Below, piece by piece: positions 7,547-16,025 of a DNA stretch of 34,398 nt. The number at the start of each line of letters is the position of its first letter. The first letter of the stretch is position 1. The notes below the pieces were generated by a model. That model made no database searches, was not told the origin of the DNA, and worked only from the letters and a program-made list of their open reading frames with translations. The position numbers and the translations under genes were made by a program. The DNA comes from a virus (Duplodnaviria; Caudoviricetes). The DNA lies in IMG/VR virus record IMGVR_UViG_3300020045_006615, positions 1 to 34,398 of that record. One strand, 5' to 3'.

Positions 7547-7881
7547 GCGCGAAGCACACACCGGGGCTGTGGGAAATTCAAGGTGGCATTTCCTTGGTTG
7601 GCGACCCAATGAGCAGAGGCGGACAGCACGCGCTTTACTGCGCAACTGTCAAGCAAGAAAACTACGTTGGCGGTGTTTGCTCAATTCAAAGTGCCGACCA
7701 TTGTGAAACTGGCATCACCAGAGAAGCCGCTGAGGCGAACGCCCGCCTTATTGCTGCCGCGCCTGAGTTGCTTGATGCGCTCAAAGGAGTTCTTACCCAG
7801 CACCACAGCCCTGACAGCAAAGAGCCGGAGATTGTCCGAGCCTATGCCGCAATCGCCAAGGCCACCGGGAGCGCAGCATGA
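7543..7881 (+). CDS. hypothetical protein (KHTPGxW...ANARLIAAAPELL family), copy 1
   Basis: Recurrent phage early-gene motifs; ATGA coupling. Confidence 0.75.
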   Translation: MSAKHTPGLWEIQGGISLVGDPMSRGGQHALYCATVKQENYVGGVCSIQSADHCETGITREAAEANARLIAAAPELLDALKGVLTQHHSPDSKEPEIVRAYAAIAKATGSAA

Positions 7882-8132
7882 ACGCCGCCATTCCCTACAT
7901 CGGCGCTGTGTGCTTTGCCGTGCTGCTGGCATACGTTGGCCCAAGCATTGACGAAGCCACAGCAGCACACGAAGACGCTATCAGCGCACAGCAAGCAGCA
8001 CAGCAGAGGGCGCGGTTTGAGCGGACAGCACAGGCGATGTGTGGTGAGAACGCTGGGTGGCGGGAAACGGCGGATGGCCGTGTCGCTTGCTTCACGAAGC
8101 GGGGACACAAGACGATGGTGGGGTCGCTATGA
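7878..8132 (+). CDS. small membrane-anchored protein
   Basis: N-terminal TM helix, two Cys; coupled on both sides. Confidence 0.7.
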   Translation: MNAAIPYIGAVCFAVLLAYVGPSIDEATAAHEDAISAQQAAQQRARFERTAQAMCGENAGWRETADGRVACFTKRGHKTMVGSL

Positions 8133-8431
8133 GCAAGCACACACCGGGGCCGTGGTTCACGGAACGCGAAGGCTCTTCAACCGTCTACGTTGAAGCACAA
8201 ATAGGCGGCGGCTGGCTTCAAGAGGTTGCAGCCTGCGGGCCAAATGCGAACGGTAGCGGTGAACAGGATGCAAACGCCCGCCTGATTGCCGCCGCGCCTG
8301 AGTTGCTGGCTGCGCTGCAATCAATTGCCGACTGTTGCGATGAGCAACACGCAGCGCGTGACTATGCATCGCGGCAAACCGAAATCCGTGGAATTGCCCG
8401 CGCCGCAATCACCAAGGCGGTGCAGTCATGA
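8129..8431 (+). CDS. hypothetical protein (KHTPGxW...ANARLIAAAPELL family), copy 2
   Basis: Same terminal motifs as 7543-7881. Confidence 0.75.
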   Translation: MSKHTPGPWFTEREGSSTVYVEAQIGGGWLQEVAACGPNANGSGEQDANARLIAAAPELLAALQSIADCCDEQHAARDYASRQTEIRGIARAAITKAVQS

Positions 8432-8529
8432 CCACCCTACTCACCACCCTACGTTACTGGATTGAAGCCGCCGCATTGATGGCTTTTGTTGTGGCGCTGG
8501 GGGCTTATTTCGTGGGGCGGTGGCTATGA
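8428..8529 (+). CDS. 33-aa single-TM peptide
   Basis: Read manually: MTTLLTTLRYWIEAAALMAFVVALGAYFVGRWL; ATGA-coupled. Confidence 0.55.
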   Translation: MTTLLTTLRYWIEAAALMAFVVALGAYFVGRWL

Positions 8530-8604
8530 GCCAACAGCAGTACGAGCAGCAAGGCGCTGCACAGCAACACACCGAATTTCACACAGTAACCAAAGGAGAA
8601 GCAC

Positions 8605-9072
8605 ATGAATCAAATAGTCAACTTGACAGGAAAAAGATTCGGGCAACTGTCAGTAATCAGGCAAGCGCCGCACCGCTGGAATCGAGTCACCTATCACTGC
8701 CAATGCGACTGCGGGAAAACAGTTGACGCAGTAGGCCATCAACTTGTTGCCGGTCAAACGGTTTCTTGTGGCTGCAAAAGAAGCAAGGCAGCGACCACAC
8801 ACGGCCTGTCGAAAACACGCGAGTACCGAATTTGGTGCGACATGCGCAGACGGTGCGGCGACCCGCAAAACAAGAATTTTCCTTACTACGGCGGGCGTGG
8901 CATTCAAGTGTGCGAACGCTGGGCAAATAGTTTCTCTGAATTCTTAGCAGACATGGGGCCATCCAACGGATTGACCATAGAGCGCAACGACAACGACGGC
9001 AATTACGAGCCAAGCAACTGCCGGTGGGCCACGCGCAAGGAACAAGCAAACAACCGCAGAGGTGTCCTATGA
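8605..9072 (+). CDS. HNH homing endonuclease-like protein
   Basis: [29 protein letters not shown] and [19 protein letters not shown] motifs; AAGGAG RBS. Confidence 0.85.
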   Translation: MNQIVNLTGKRFGQLSVIRQAPHRWNRVTYHCQCDCGKTVDAVGHQLVAGQTVSCGCKRSKAATTHGLSKTREYRIWCDMRRRCGDPQNKNFPYYGGRGIQVCERWANSFSEFLADMGPSNGLTIERNDNDGNYEPSNCRWATRKEQANNRRGVL

Positions 9073-9728
9073 GTGTGGCTTGCATGGTAATTGGCGAGTC
9101 GGGCACCGGGAAAACCACCAGCCTGCGCAACATGGACGCAGCACAGACGCTGCTGATTCAGGCGGTGCGCAAGCCCCTGCCGTTCCGTTCCCCTGACTGG
9201 CGACCCTGCACCAAGGGCGACCCGACAGGCTCGATCGTGGTGACGGACAGCGCCCCGGTAATCATCGGCGCGATGCAGCGGACGCCCAAGGATGTGATCG
9301 TTCTGGACGACTTCCAGTACATCCTGGCCAACGCTTTCATGCGCCGCAGTGCCGAGGTGGGCTTCCAGAAGTTCACCGACATTGCCAAGGACGCGTGGGA
9401 CATTCTCATGGCCGCGTCAGCACTGGCAAGCCAGAAGCGTGTGTACATCCTGGCACACAGCACCACCGACGATTCTGGCAAGACCAAAGCCAAGACCATC
9501 GGCAAGCTGTTGGACGAAAAAATCACCATTGAAGGCCTGCTCACCATCGTGTTGCGCACTGCCGTCATCAATGGCCGCTACGTGTTCTGCACCCAGAACA
9601 ACGGGCACGACACCACCAAAAGCCCGATGGGCCTCTTTGCTGATGAACACATTGAAAACGATCTCGCAGCCGTTGACGCCGCGCTGATCGAGTTCTACGG
9701 AATCACCCCCCTGAAACAAGCCGCTTAA
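9069..9728 (+). CDS. sak4: Sak4-like/AAA_24 ATPase (single-strand annealing protein)
   Basis: Walker A GESGTGKT, Walker B IVLDD, VYILAH, KSPMGLF; adjacent to SSB-like and Gp157 genes. Confidence 0.75.
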   Translation: MSVACMVIGESGTGKTTSLRNMDAAQTLLIQAVRKPLPFRSPDWRPCTKGDPTGSIVVTDSAPVIIGAMQRTPKDVIVLDDFQYILANAFMRRSAEVGFQKFTDIAKDAWDILMAASALASQKRVYILAHSTTDDSGKTKAKTIGKLLDEKITIEGLLTIVLRTAVINGRYVFCTQNNGHDTTKSPMGLFADEHIENDLAAVDAALIEFYGITPLKQAA

Positions 9729-9745
9729 ACACAAAGGAAAGCACC

Positions 9746-10369
9746 ATGTACAAACTCGACCCCAACACCGCCCGCAAAGCTGACCAGACAGGCCGCTCTA
9801 TCACTGAGCTTGGCAAGTATGTCGGCAAGTTCACCCAAGCTGTCGATGTGACCGCCGCCACCGGCACCAAGGGAATCGGCCTGACGTTTGAAAGCACAGA
9901 GGGGCAAAGCACCCGCCTGAGCCTGTACACCAAGAAAACGGACGGCACCGAATTGATGGGGCTGCAATCGCTGTTCGCCATCATGACCTGCATGAAGCTG
10001 CGCGACATTGCCGCGCCCAGCCGCGCCCGCATCAAAAAATGGGACTACGACACCAAGGCCGAAGTCGAAGCCGATGCGCTGGTGTTCCCTGAGTTGACGA
10101 ACAAGCCTATCGGCCTGCTGTTGGAGACGGCGGACTACATCAAAAAGGATGGCAGCATCGGCACCCGAATGGAGATTGCAGGGATTTTCGAGCCAGCGGG
10201 CGAATTCACCGCGTCGGAGATTTTGGACAAAAAGACCAAGCCGGAACAGCTTGCCAAGCTGGTGGCACGCCTGCGCCATCGCCCGGTGAAAGGTGCCAAG
10301 CCAGCACAGGCAAGCCACGCGCCGGACGATTACTACGACGCTGGCCAGGACGAAACCATCCCATTCTGA
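9746..10369 (+). CDS. putative phage ssDNA-binding protein (DUF669-like)
   Basis: Follows Sak4; acidic C-terminal tail ending DETIPF. Confidence 0.65.
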   Translation: MYKLDPNTARKADQTGRSITELGKYVGKFTQAVDVTAATGTKGIGLTFESTEGQSTRLSLYTKKTDGTELMGLQSLFAIMTCMKLRDIAAPSRARIKKWDYDTKAEVEADALVFPELTNKPIGLLLETADYIKKDGSIGTRMEIAGIFEPAGEFTASEILDKKTKPEQLAKLVARLRHRPVKGAKPAQASHAPDDYYDAGQDETIPF

Positions 10370-10377
10370 GGCCAACC

Positions 10378-10887
10378 ATGACACTGCCCGCCCTGTACCA
10401 CCTCGCAGCGTCCTATCGCGCCTTGGCCGACCAACTGGCCGAGGCCGATCTAGACGCCCAAACCGTTGCCGACTCTATCGAGGCCAGCGGTATCACCGAC
10501 GACATTGCAACCAAAGCGCAGGGCATTGAGTGCATCGCCCGCAGTGCCGAGGCACACCACGACGCCATTGACGCCGAAATCAAGCGGCTGGGTGCGCTCA
10601 AGAAACACCGCGCAGCCATCGCGCAGGGCTTGCGGGACTACTTGAAGACGCACATGGAGGGCATGGGCATCAGCAAAATCGAATGCCCGCTGTACACGCT
10701 CAAACTGCAAAACAACCCGGCCAGCGTTGACGTATTCGAGCCGGGGCTACTGCCAGCCGAGTTCATGCGCCAGCCAGAAGCACCGCCACCAGCGCCGGAC
10801 AAGAAAGCGATTGCAGCGGCGATCAAGTCGGGTCGCGATGTGCCTGGGGCGAAGCTGTCGCAATCTAAAAAGCTGGTGGTGGCATGA
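10378..10887 (+). CDS. Siphovirus Gp157 family protein
   Basis: LYHLA N-terminus, IDAEIKRL coiled coil, PDKKAIAAAIKSGRDVPGA C-terminus. Confidence 0.85.
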   Translation: MTLPALYHLAASYRALADQLAEADLDAQTVADSIEASGITDDIATKAQGIECIARSAEAHHDAIDAEIKRLGALKKHRAAIAQGLRDYLKTHMEGMGISKIECPLYTLKLQNNPASVDVFEPGLLPAEFMRQPEAPPPAPDKKAIAAAIKSGRDVPGAKLSQSKKLVVA

Positions 10888-11006
10888 ACCTAGACCGCCT
10901 AGCAGCCGAAGCCATGCAACGCATTGACTACTTCGTGAATCGCAGCGCAGGCCAGCACCTGCGTGCTATCCGGGCGGCGTTTGAAGCACTGAGGAAGACG
11001 AAATGA
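10884..11006 (+). CDS. 40-aa hypothetical protein
   Basis: Read manually; ATGA overlaps at both ends. Confidence 0.55.
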   Translation: MNLDRLAAEAMQRIDYFVNRSAGQHLRAIRAAFEALRKTK

Positions 11007-11758
11007 CTGACCTACACAAAGCAGCCACGATGGCGCTAGACATAGACCTCGTAGAACTGCGCTTGGAGCTAGATGAGCTGAAAACTGATGCTGAGCGGTT
11101 GAATTGGTTGTGTCAAGACTTTCCAAGCGGCCCGGAAAAAGATCAGCGAGACGAAATTTTGAGCCGCATGTCGGTTATGTCGTTAAGCGCGACCAGGGCT
11201 GCGATTGATGCCGCACGCAAGGAAACATCATGTACCGAGATACACAAAGCAGTGCTTGCCAGCCTTGATGCGCTGTCAGACGATGCCGCCGCGCACATCT
11301 TCCCGAGCGACTTGCAAAAGTGCATGACCAGCGAATGTGTCGTGCAAGTGGTGTCGGTTCGCGCTGGCAATCCCGACGAAAGAACCGTGCCGCTTTTCAG
11401 CCGTGAGCAGGTAGACGCCGCACTGCGCGAAGCACTCGCCGCGCCTGTTGTGCCCGCGTCTTTTACGGACGACGACATGAAGGCTTCATGGCTAACCGGT
11501 TTCAAAGAAGCAGAATTTCAGTTTAGGGGCTGCACGGAAAAGTCTGGCGAGTTTCCCGCAAAGACACCGTTGAGTGTTGCACCGCGAGCAGCCCCGCCTA
11601 AGCAGCCATCTGTACCACCCGGTTATGCGCTGGTGCCGATAGAGCCGACGCCGGAGATGTGCCAATCCGCACAAAAAGCAGGCTTCTTCCAAAGCCATGT
11701 GCCAATCATCTGGAAAGCATTGCTTTCCGCCGCCCCACAACCAAAGGACAAGCCATGA
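11003..11758 (+). CDS. mosaic early protein (apparent fusion of two genes)
   Basis: DAERLNWL, AIDAAR and VPPGYALVPIEPTPEM modules; internal RBS and near-ATGA junction at 11219-11234. Confidence 0.65.
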   Translation: MTDLHKAATMALDIDLVELRLELDELKTDAERLNWLCQDFPSGPEKDQRDEILSRMSVMSLSATRAAIDAARKETSCTEIHKAVLASLDALSDDAAAHIFPSDLQKCMTSECVVQVVSVRAGNPDERTVPLFSREQVDAALREALAAPVVPASFTDDDMKASWLTGFKEAEFQFRGCTEKSGEFPAKTPLSVAPRAAPPKQPSVPPGYALVPIEPTPEMCQSAQKAGFFQSHVPIIWKALLSAAPQPKDKP

Positions 11759-12060
11759 CGATGGCAGCAAAAGGTATTGCCAAGCTGATCGAGGAATGCG
11801 GTGAACTGCAACAGATTCTCGGAAAGAAGTTGGCCTACTACACCACCGACAAACATCCTGACGGCAAAGGTTCTTTGAACGAGCGCATTGAAGATGAAGT
11901 GGCAGATGTGCAAGCGGCCATTGACTTGGTTCTAGTAAACCTGAACCTTGACGCCAAACGGGTGCAACAACGGCGTCAAAAAAAGTATTTCCAGTTCTTG
12001 CACTGGCACTTTGAGCGCGATAACAACCAGCACGCCATCGACGCAAAGGAGCAGACATGA
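11755..12060 (+). CDS. MazG-like NTP pyrophosphohydrolase
   Basis: KLIEECGEL and IEDEVADV acidic metal-binding motifs of all-alpha NTP-PPases. Confidence 0.75.
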   Translation: MTMAAKGIAKLIEECGELQQILGKKLAYYTTDKHPDGKGSLNERIEDEVADVQAAIDLVLVNLNLDAKRVQQRRQKKYFQFLHWHFERDNNQHAIDAKEQT

Positions 12061-12293
12061 CCCCCACCCCCGAACAAGTAGCGCAGTGGGCGCGTGAGGC
12101 ATGGCAATCGCGGCACCCGACAAACGCATGGCTTGCTGACTGCCAGCCTCTTTTTGAACGCCTCGTCACCCGCGCTATGGCAGAGCAGGCAGAGGCCGAT
12201 GCGAAGCTGTGTGACAGCTTGGAATACGAGTTCAAGTCTGGTGCTAACTGCGCCGCCGCCATCCGCGCCAACGCACCAAAGGTGGCGACATGA
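12057..12293 (+). CDS. hypothetical protein
   Basis: AAGGAG RBS, coupled; EADAKLCD...CAAAIRA motif. Confidence 0.7.
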   Translation: MTPTPEQVAQWAREAWQSRHPTNAWLADCQPLFERLVTRAMAEQAEADAKLCDSLEYEFKSGANCAAAIRANAPKVAT

Positions 12294-12583
12294 GCCGATT
12301 TGAAGCCATGTATCCGAAGTGCGGCACAGACTGCGACCAATGCGGGATGCTGTGCAAACGCTGTGCGGCCATCGATGAACACTACGCCAGCAAGTTTGCT
12401 TTCATGTTGGAGTGCATGTTGGTGGACTCGCACGGTCACTGGAACCAAGCCGCCGCCCTGCTGGATGAATACAAGGCTGAGTGGGCAAAGGTAAACCCGC
12501 CGCCGCCGACATTCATGGGCGAGCCGATGCCACCAGAGCGCCGCGAAAGACTGCAAAAACGACTTGCGAGCAGACACCAATGA
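12290..12583 (+). CDS. hypothetical protein with Cys-rich N-terminus
   Basis: CGTDCDQCGMLCKRC; coupled. Confidence 0.65.
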   Translation: MSRFEAMYPKCGTDCDQCGMLCKRCAAIDEHYASKFAFMLECMLVDSHGHWNQAAALLDEYKAEWAKVNPPPPTFMGEPMPPERRERLQKRLASRHQ

Positions 12584-12705
12584 ACTATTGCAAGACCTGC
12601 AACGCCGCCAAAACCAATGAAGTGAATCGCGTAATTCGATGCGGCACCTGTGCTGTCGTGCCACTAAAGCCGCCAACAAATTACAAGCCAAAGGACACCC
12701 AATGA
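12580..12705 (+). CDS. 41-aa zinc-finger-like peptide
   Basis: CKTC and CGTC pairs; ATGA overlaps at both ends. Confidence 0.6.
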   Translation: MNYCKTCNAAKTNEVNRVIRCGTCAVVPLKPPTNYKPKDTQ

Positions 12706-13322
12706 CCAACCCCATCAAGCAGGCGCTGAAGGCGCTGAAAAACGCTGCGCCATGTCACAACGTCGGTGGCACAGTCCGCACAGACATGGACGCCGCAATT
12801 GCCGCCCTAGAAGGGCTGGAGAAAGTCGAGCCTGTGGCATGGGTGCCAGTTATTCAAGGCGTTAAGCACAGGCCAGTTGATTCAAAGTTTCAAGCCGATG
12901 AACTTCGGGCAATTGGAGCCGAAATCATCCCACTCTACCGTCACCCAGCGCCAGTGCAGGCCGAGCCAGCCGCGCAATCAAATCAGTTATCCGGAAATTC
13001 CGGAGAACTCAATTTGATAGCCCGCGCAGAGCAAGCGGAGCCTGTGGCTTGGCTGGTGTATGCGGGCATCTTGGATATGCGCCCGGTATACCCGGCCTAC
13101 AACACAAAAGAACTCGCAGAGAGCGCAGCCGCCTGCATCAAGAGCAACACCGAAGTGCGCCCGCTTTACCTCGCGCCACCCGCCGCGCCAGCGAAGCTAG
13201 AGCCGCTTACTCTGGCCGAGGTTGATGCCGTCAGAGAAAAACTGCGCGGCACCGAATACGACATTTACGGCTACACACGCGCCATCGAAGCCGCCCACAA
13301 CGCGAAGCTGGGGGGCAAATGA
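12702..13322 (+). CDS. Ea/Ead-like mosaic early protein
   Basis: Two EPVAW...PLY modules; AAAGGA RBS. Confidence 0.7.
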   Translation: MTNPIKQALKALKNAAPCHNVGGTVRTDMDAAIAALEGLEKVEPVAWVPVIQGVKHRPVDSKFQADELRAIGAEIIPLYRHPAPVQAEPAAQSNQLSGNSGELNLIARAEQAEPVAWLVYAGILDMRPVYPAYNTKELAESAAACIKSNTEVRPLYLAPPAAPAKLEPLTLAEVDAVREKLRGTEYDIYGYTRAIEAAHNAKLGGK

Positions 13323-13705
13323 CAGCCATCTACAAAAAGCACGGACGCCGGTACAAAGAAATCGGCAACTACGAGCCGGAAGCGTACGACACCTACCCGC
13401 ACGGCGCTCACCTGGTCATATCAAGGCCCGGTAGTCGGCTTACCAGGTTCTCCATCAACCCAGACCACGCCGCGTTACTGGCTGCGGCTGAAGACATGCG
13501 CGAAGCAATGATTCAGGCCATGCGGGACGCCAGCATGCCGCGCATCAGCGAGAAAGCGAAAGCTGCTCACAAACGCGGCTGGGCTGCCTACATCGCTGCC
13601 GTTGGCCGGGAAGACATGCTGACCGTGACGGGTGCCAGTGCGCAGGATTGTGTGCAGGCTGGGATTGATGTGCTGCTGGAAAAGGTGGGGGGCGGCAATG
13701 CCTGA
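13319..13705 (+). CDS. hypothetical protein
   Basis: 128 aa, coupled to the upstream gene. Confidence 0.7.
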   Translation: MTAIYKKHGRRYKEIGNYEPEAYDTYPHGAHLVISRPGSRLTRFSINPDHAALLAAAEDMREAMIQAMRDASMPRISEKAKAAHKRGWAAYIAAVGREDMLTVTGASAQDCVQAGIDVLLEKVGGGNA

Positions 13706-13907
13706 ATTCCTGTCGCCGCCAGAACTGCACAGCCTGACCGGGTTCGTCAGGTCAGCAGCACAGGGTGAATGGCTCAAGACGCACGGCATTCCGCACAAGC
13801 TCGACGGCAGGCGCGTGATCGTGTCGCGCTCTCATGTCTTGGCTTGGCTGGAAGGTCGTCAGGTGGTAACGTCAACCGGCCCTAACTGGTCTGCCCTCCG
13901 TGCCTAA
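13698..13907 (+). CDS. xis: excisionase-like protein (DUF4224-like)
   Basis: FLSPPELHSLTG...QGEWLKTHGIP pattern; immediately upstream of and overlapping int. Confidence 0.7.
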   Translation: MPEFLSPPELHSLTGFVRSAAQGEWLKTHGIPHKLDGRRVIVSRSHVLAWLEGRQVVTSTGPNWSALRA

Positions 13908-14916
13908 AACCAAGCCTTACCCGCGTCTGCGTCTGCACGTTCGCAAAAGCGTGACAGGGAAGGTTCGCGTGTATTACTACTACGACGGCAGGCCGGACGG
14001 CAAGCCAGACACACCTCTGGGCACGGACTACGACGAAGCAATTTCCAAGTGGGAAGAACTGCACCTCCACAAGCCCCGCGCCGTTGGCCGGTTGCAGGAA
14101 GCGATCACGCGCTGGCGCAAGGACGAACTGCCGAACTACACAAACGCGGAAACGCGCCGGGGCTACGGCAAGCAGTTGGACAGGCTGGAAGCCGTTCTAG
14201 GCGGGATGACATGGGACGCGCTGGATTTGCCCATCCTTCGGGAGTATTTGGACAGACGCACAGCCAAGACGCAGGGCAATCGGGAAATGTCGCTGCTGTC
14301 GGTGATCTGGGGCAAGGCGAGGCTGTGGGGCATGACGCGCTTGCCGTGGCCTGCTGCGGGTGTGAAGAACTGGAAGAACGCGGAGAACCCACGCCAGTTC
14401 GAGGTGACAGACCAGCTATTCGCGGCGGTGTACGCCGAAGCCGATCAGATGCTGAAAGATTGCATGGACATTGCCACGGCCACAGGGATGCGCCTGACGG
14501 ACGTTCGCACCGTCCTGCTGCCTGCGGGTGATGTGCTGCGCCTGCGGGCCAGCAAGACCGGCAAGGCGGCAGACTTTGACATGAGCATGAGCATGGTCAT
14601 GCCCGACCTGTTGACGCGCCGCCGTGAGATTGCTGCCAGCCACTTGATGCTGCTTTCAACGCCTGACGGCTTCCCGGTGTCGGCAAGGATGCTGAGAACG
14701 GCATGGGACAACGCAAGGGAACGGGCAGCCAAGAGGCCAGAGAATGCGGCGATTGCGGCCAGCCTGCGGGCGATGTACTTGCGGGATATGCGGAAGCGCA
14801 GCGCCGATCTGGCGGCTGATTCAGAGGCGGCGTCGAAGCTGTTGCAGCACAGCAGCGTGGCGCTGACAATCAAACACTATCGCGGCAAGGTGTCGCAACT
14901 GAGGACAGTGAGATGA
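13900..14916 (+). CDS. int: tyrosine integrase
   Basis: TGMR catalytic Arg, SKTG Lys, RDMR (HxxR position), LLQH, KHY catalytic Tyr; N-terminal YYYY arm-binding domain; adjacent to attP. Confidence 0.92.
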   Translation: MPKTKPYPRLRLHVRKSVTGKVRVYYYYDGRPDGKPDTPLGTDYDEAISKWEELHLHKPRAVGRLQEAITRWRKDELPNYTNAETRRGYGKQLDRLEAVLGGMTWDALDLPILREYLDRRTAKTQGNREMSLLSVIWGKARLWGMTRLPWPAAGVKNWKNAENPRQFEVTDQLFAAVYAEADQMLKDCMDIATATGMRLTDVRTVLLPAGDVLRLRASKTGKAADFDMSMSMVMPDLLTRRREIAASHLMLLSTPDGFPVSARMLRTAWDNARERAAKRPENAAIAASLRAMYLRDMRKRSADLAADSEAASKLLQHSSVALTIKHYRGKVSQLRTVR

Positions 14917-15122
14917 GCGAAACACAAAAGACAGGGCCAAGCGACACCGAGCTGCTCGACTTCATTGATAGGGCTGGCTGTGATTGGGATGGACTTGGGG
15001 CTTACATCGCTGGAGCCAGTTACACGGGAGACACGCTGCGCGACTGCATTATGGCTGCAATGCTTGCATCTGCTGCGCGAGAAAGTAACTTGAAACCCGT
15101 TCCGCAAAACGGAAATCCCTAG
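14913..15122 (+). CDS. hypothetical protein between int and attP
   Basis: ATGA-coupled to int; DTELLDFI motif resembling DAERLNWL-type early proteins. Confidence 0.55.
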   Translation: MSETQKTGPSDTELLDFIDRAGCDWDGLGAYIAGASYTGDTLRDCIMAAMLASAARESNLKPVPQNGNP

Positions 15123-15326
15123 GCAAAAACACCCCTAAAACGCAATTCTTTGCGGAAAAAACCAGCGGTTTTAGCCTGTAAATACGCCATTTCGCGCAGG
15201 ACTCAAAATCCCCCGCCGCAAGGCGTGCCGGTTCGATTCCGGCCTCGGGCACCATAGCTTTCATGCTATGAATTTGGTAGTGATTGGGAAATTTTTCCGC
15301 AAACGGGAAAACGACTTTTCCGCAAA
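15100..15326. repeat. putative integrase arm-type binding sites
   Basis: TTCCGCAAA at 15100, 15295, 15318 and inverted at 15149, flanking the att core. Confidence 0.7.
15199..15254 (+). mobile_element. attP: attP core: 3' half of tRNA-Leu(CAA)
   Basis: CTCAAAA anticodon loop, long variable arm CGCCGCAAGGCG, GGTTCGATTCC T-loop and ACCA end; no D-arm or 5' acceptor strand upstream. Confidence 0.88.
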
Positions 15327-15428
15327 AGCGCGGGGGGCGGCTTTTTTCGGGTGGTCAGGTACAGCGCACAAAACGCCTGTTTTGCATGGGGTTGGGCAAC
15401 TTTTTACCCACTTGGCGGGGCGCTGTTT

Positions 15429-15659
15429 TCAGCCCTTGGCAAACGCGCCGGTCTGGTTAAACAGCTTCACCAGCACACCCACCACGCCACTGATTTGAGG
15501 CCACAGCTTGGCAACTGTCCCGTCTACCAGTTCGAGCATTTCGCGGATGGCGGCTAGTTTCTGTTCGCCCTTGCCCTGGCCTGGCACGGCTTCTTCAATC
15601 GCCTTCATGGCGGCGATGATGGCGGGAATGAGTTGGAACACGGTGATGATTGCGTTCAT
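15429..15659 (-). CDS. small amphipathic lysis-region protein
   Basis: Last gene of the late operon; AAAGG RBS; hydrophobic ends with GKGEQK core. Confidence 0.7.
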   Translation of the reverse strand: MNAIITVFQLIPAIIAAMKAIEEAVPGQGKGEQKLAAIREMLELVDGTVAKLWPQISGVVGVLVKLFNQTGAFAKG

Positions 15660-15727
15660 GGATAACCTTTCAGAATGTGCAGGTGACGCCGGTAACAGCG
15701 CCGTCGATTGAGAATTGCCCCGAACAC

Positions 15728-16015
15728 TCAGGGCAAGGGCGGAGAATCGGCTTCAGGCTTGGCAGGCAGGCCCACTTTGTCTGTGGTGACGGTGGTGTAA
15801 ATGACGTTGAACAAGCCGATAGCACCAGCGGCAATAGCGTTGGCAGTGTCCAAGTCCAACGGAATGTCCATGCCGAAAGCTGCGGCCACGTTGACCAGCG
15901 CCACAAGCACACCAGCCAGCACAGTCGCCGTGATCTGCCGGGTCTTCCACAGAGCAGGGTCGGCCACGGATTGGCCTTGGCGGAACAGTGCCCAGAGAGC
16001 GGTGATTTTTCCCAT
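15728..16015 (-). CDS. holin-like two-TM protein
   Basis: Two hydrophobic helices; directly downstream of the endolysin. Confidence 0.65.
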   Translation of the reverse strand: MGKITALWALFRQGQSVADPALWKTRQITATVLAGVLVALVNVAAAFGMDIPLDLDTANAIAAGAIGLFNVIYTTVTTDKVGLPAKPEADSPPLP

Positions 16016-16025
16016 GATTTGCCTT

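Noticed and set aside
11492-12718. 408-aa minus-strand ORF
   Set aside because: Antisense to a tightly ATGA-coupled gene chain with no supporting signals; it also shows that long stop-free antisense frames arise by chance here, which tempers the 3515-4708 finding
15170-15254. Complete tRNA-Leu gene
   Set aside because: The 5' acceptor strand and D-arm are absent and the anticodon stem is incomplete; it is an att core
15049-15264. 71-aa minus ORF containing MVPEAGIEPARLAAGDFES
   Set aside because: Typical antisense translation of a tRNA 3' half, not a protein
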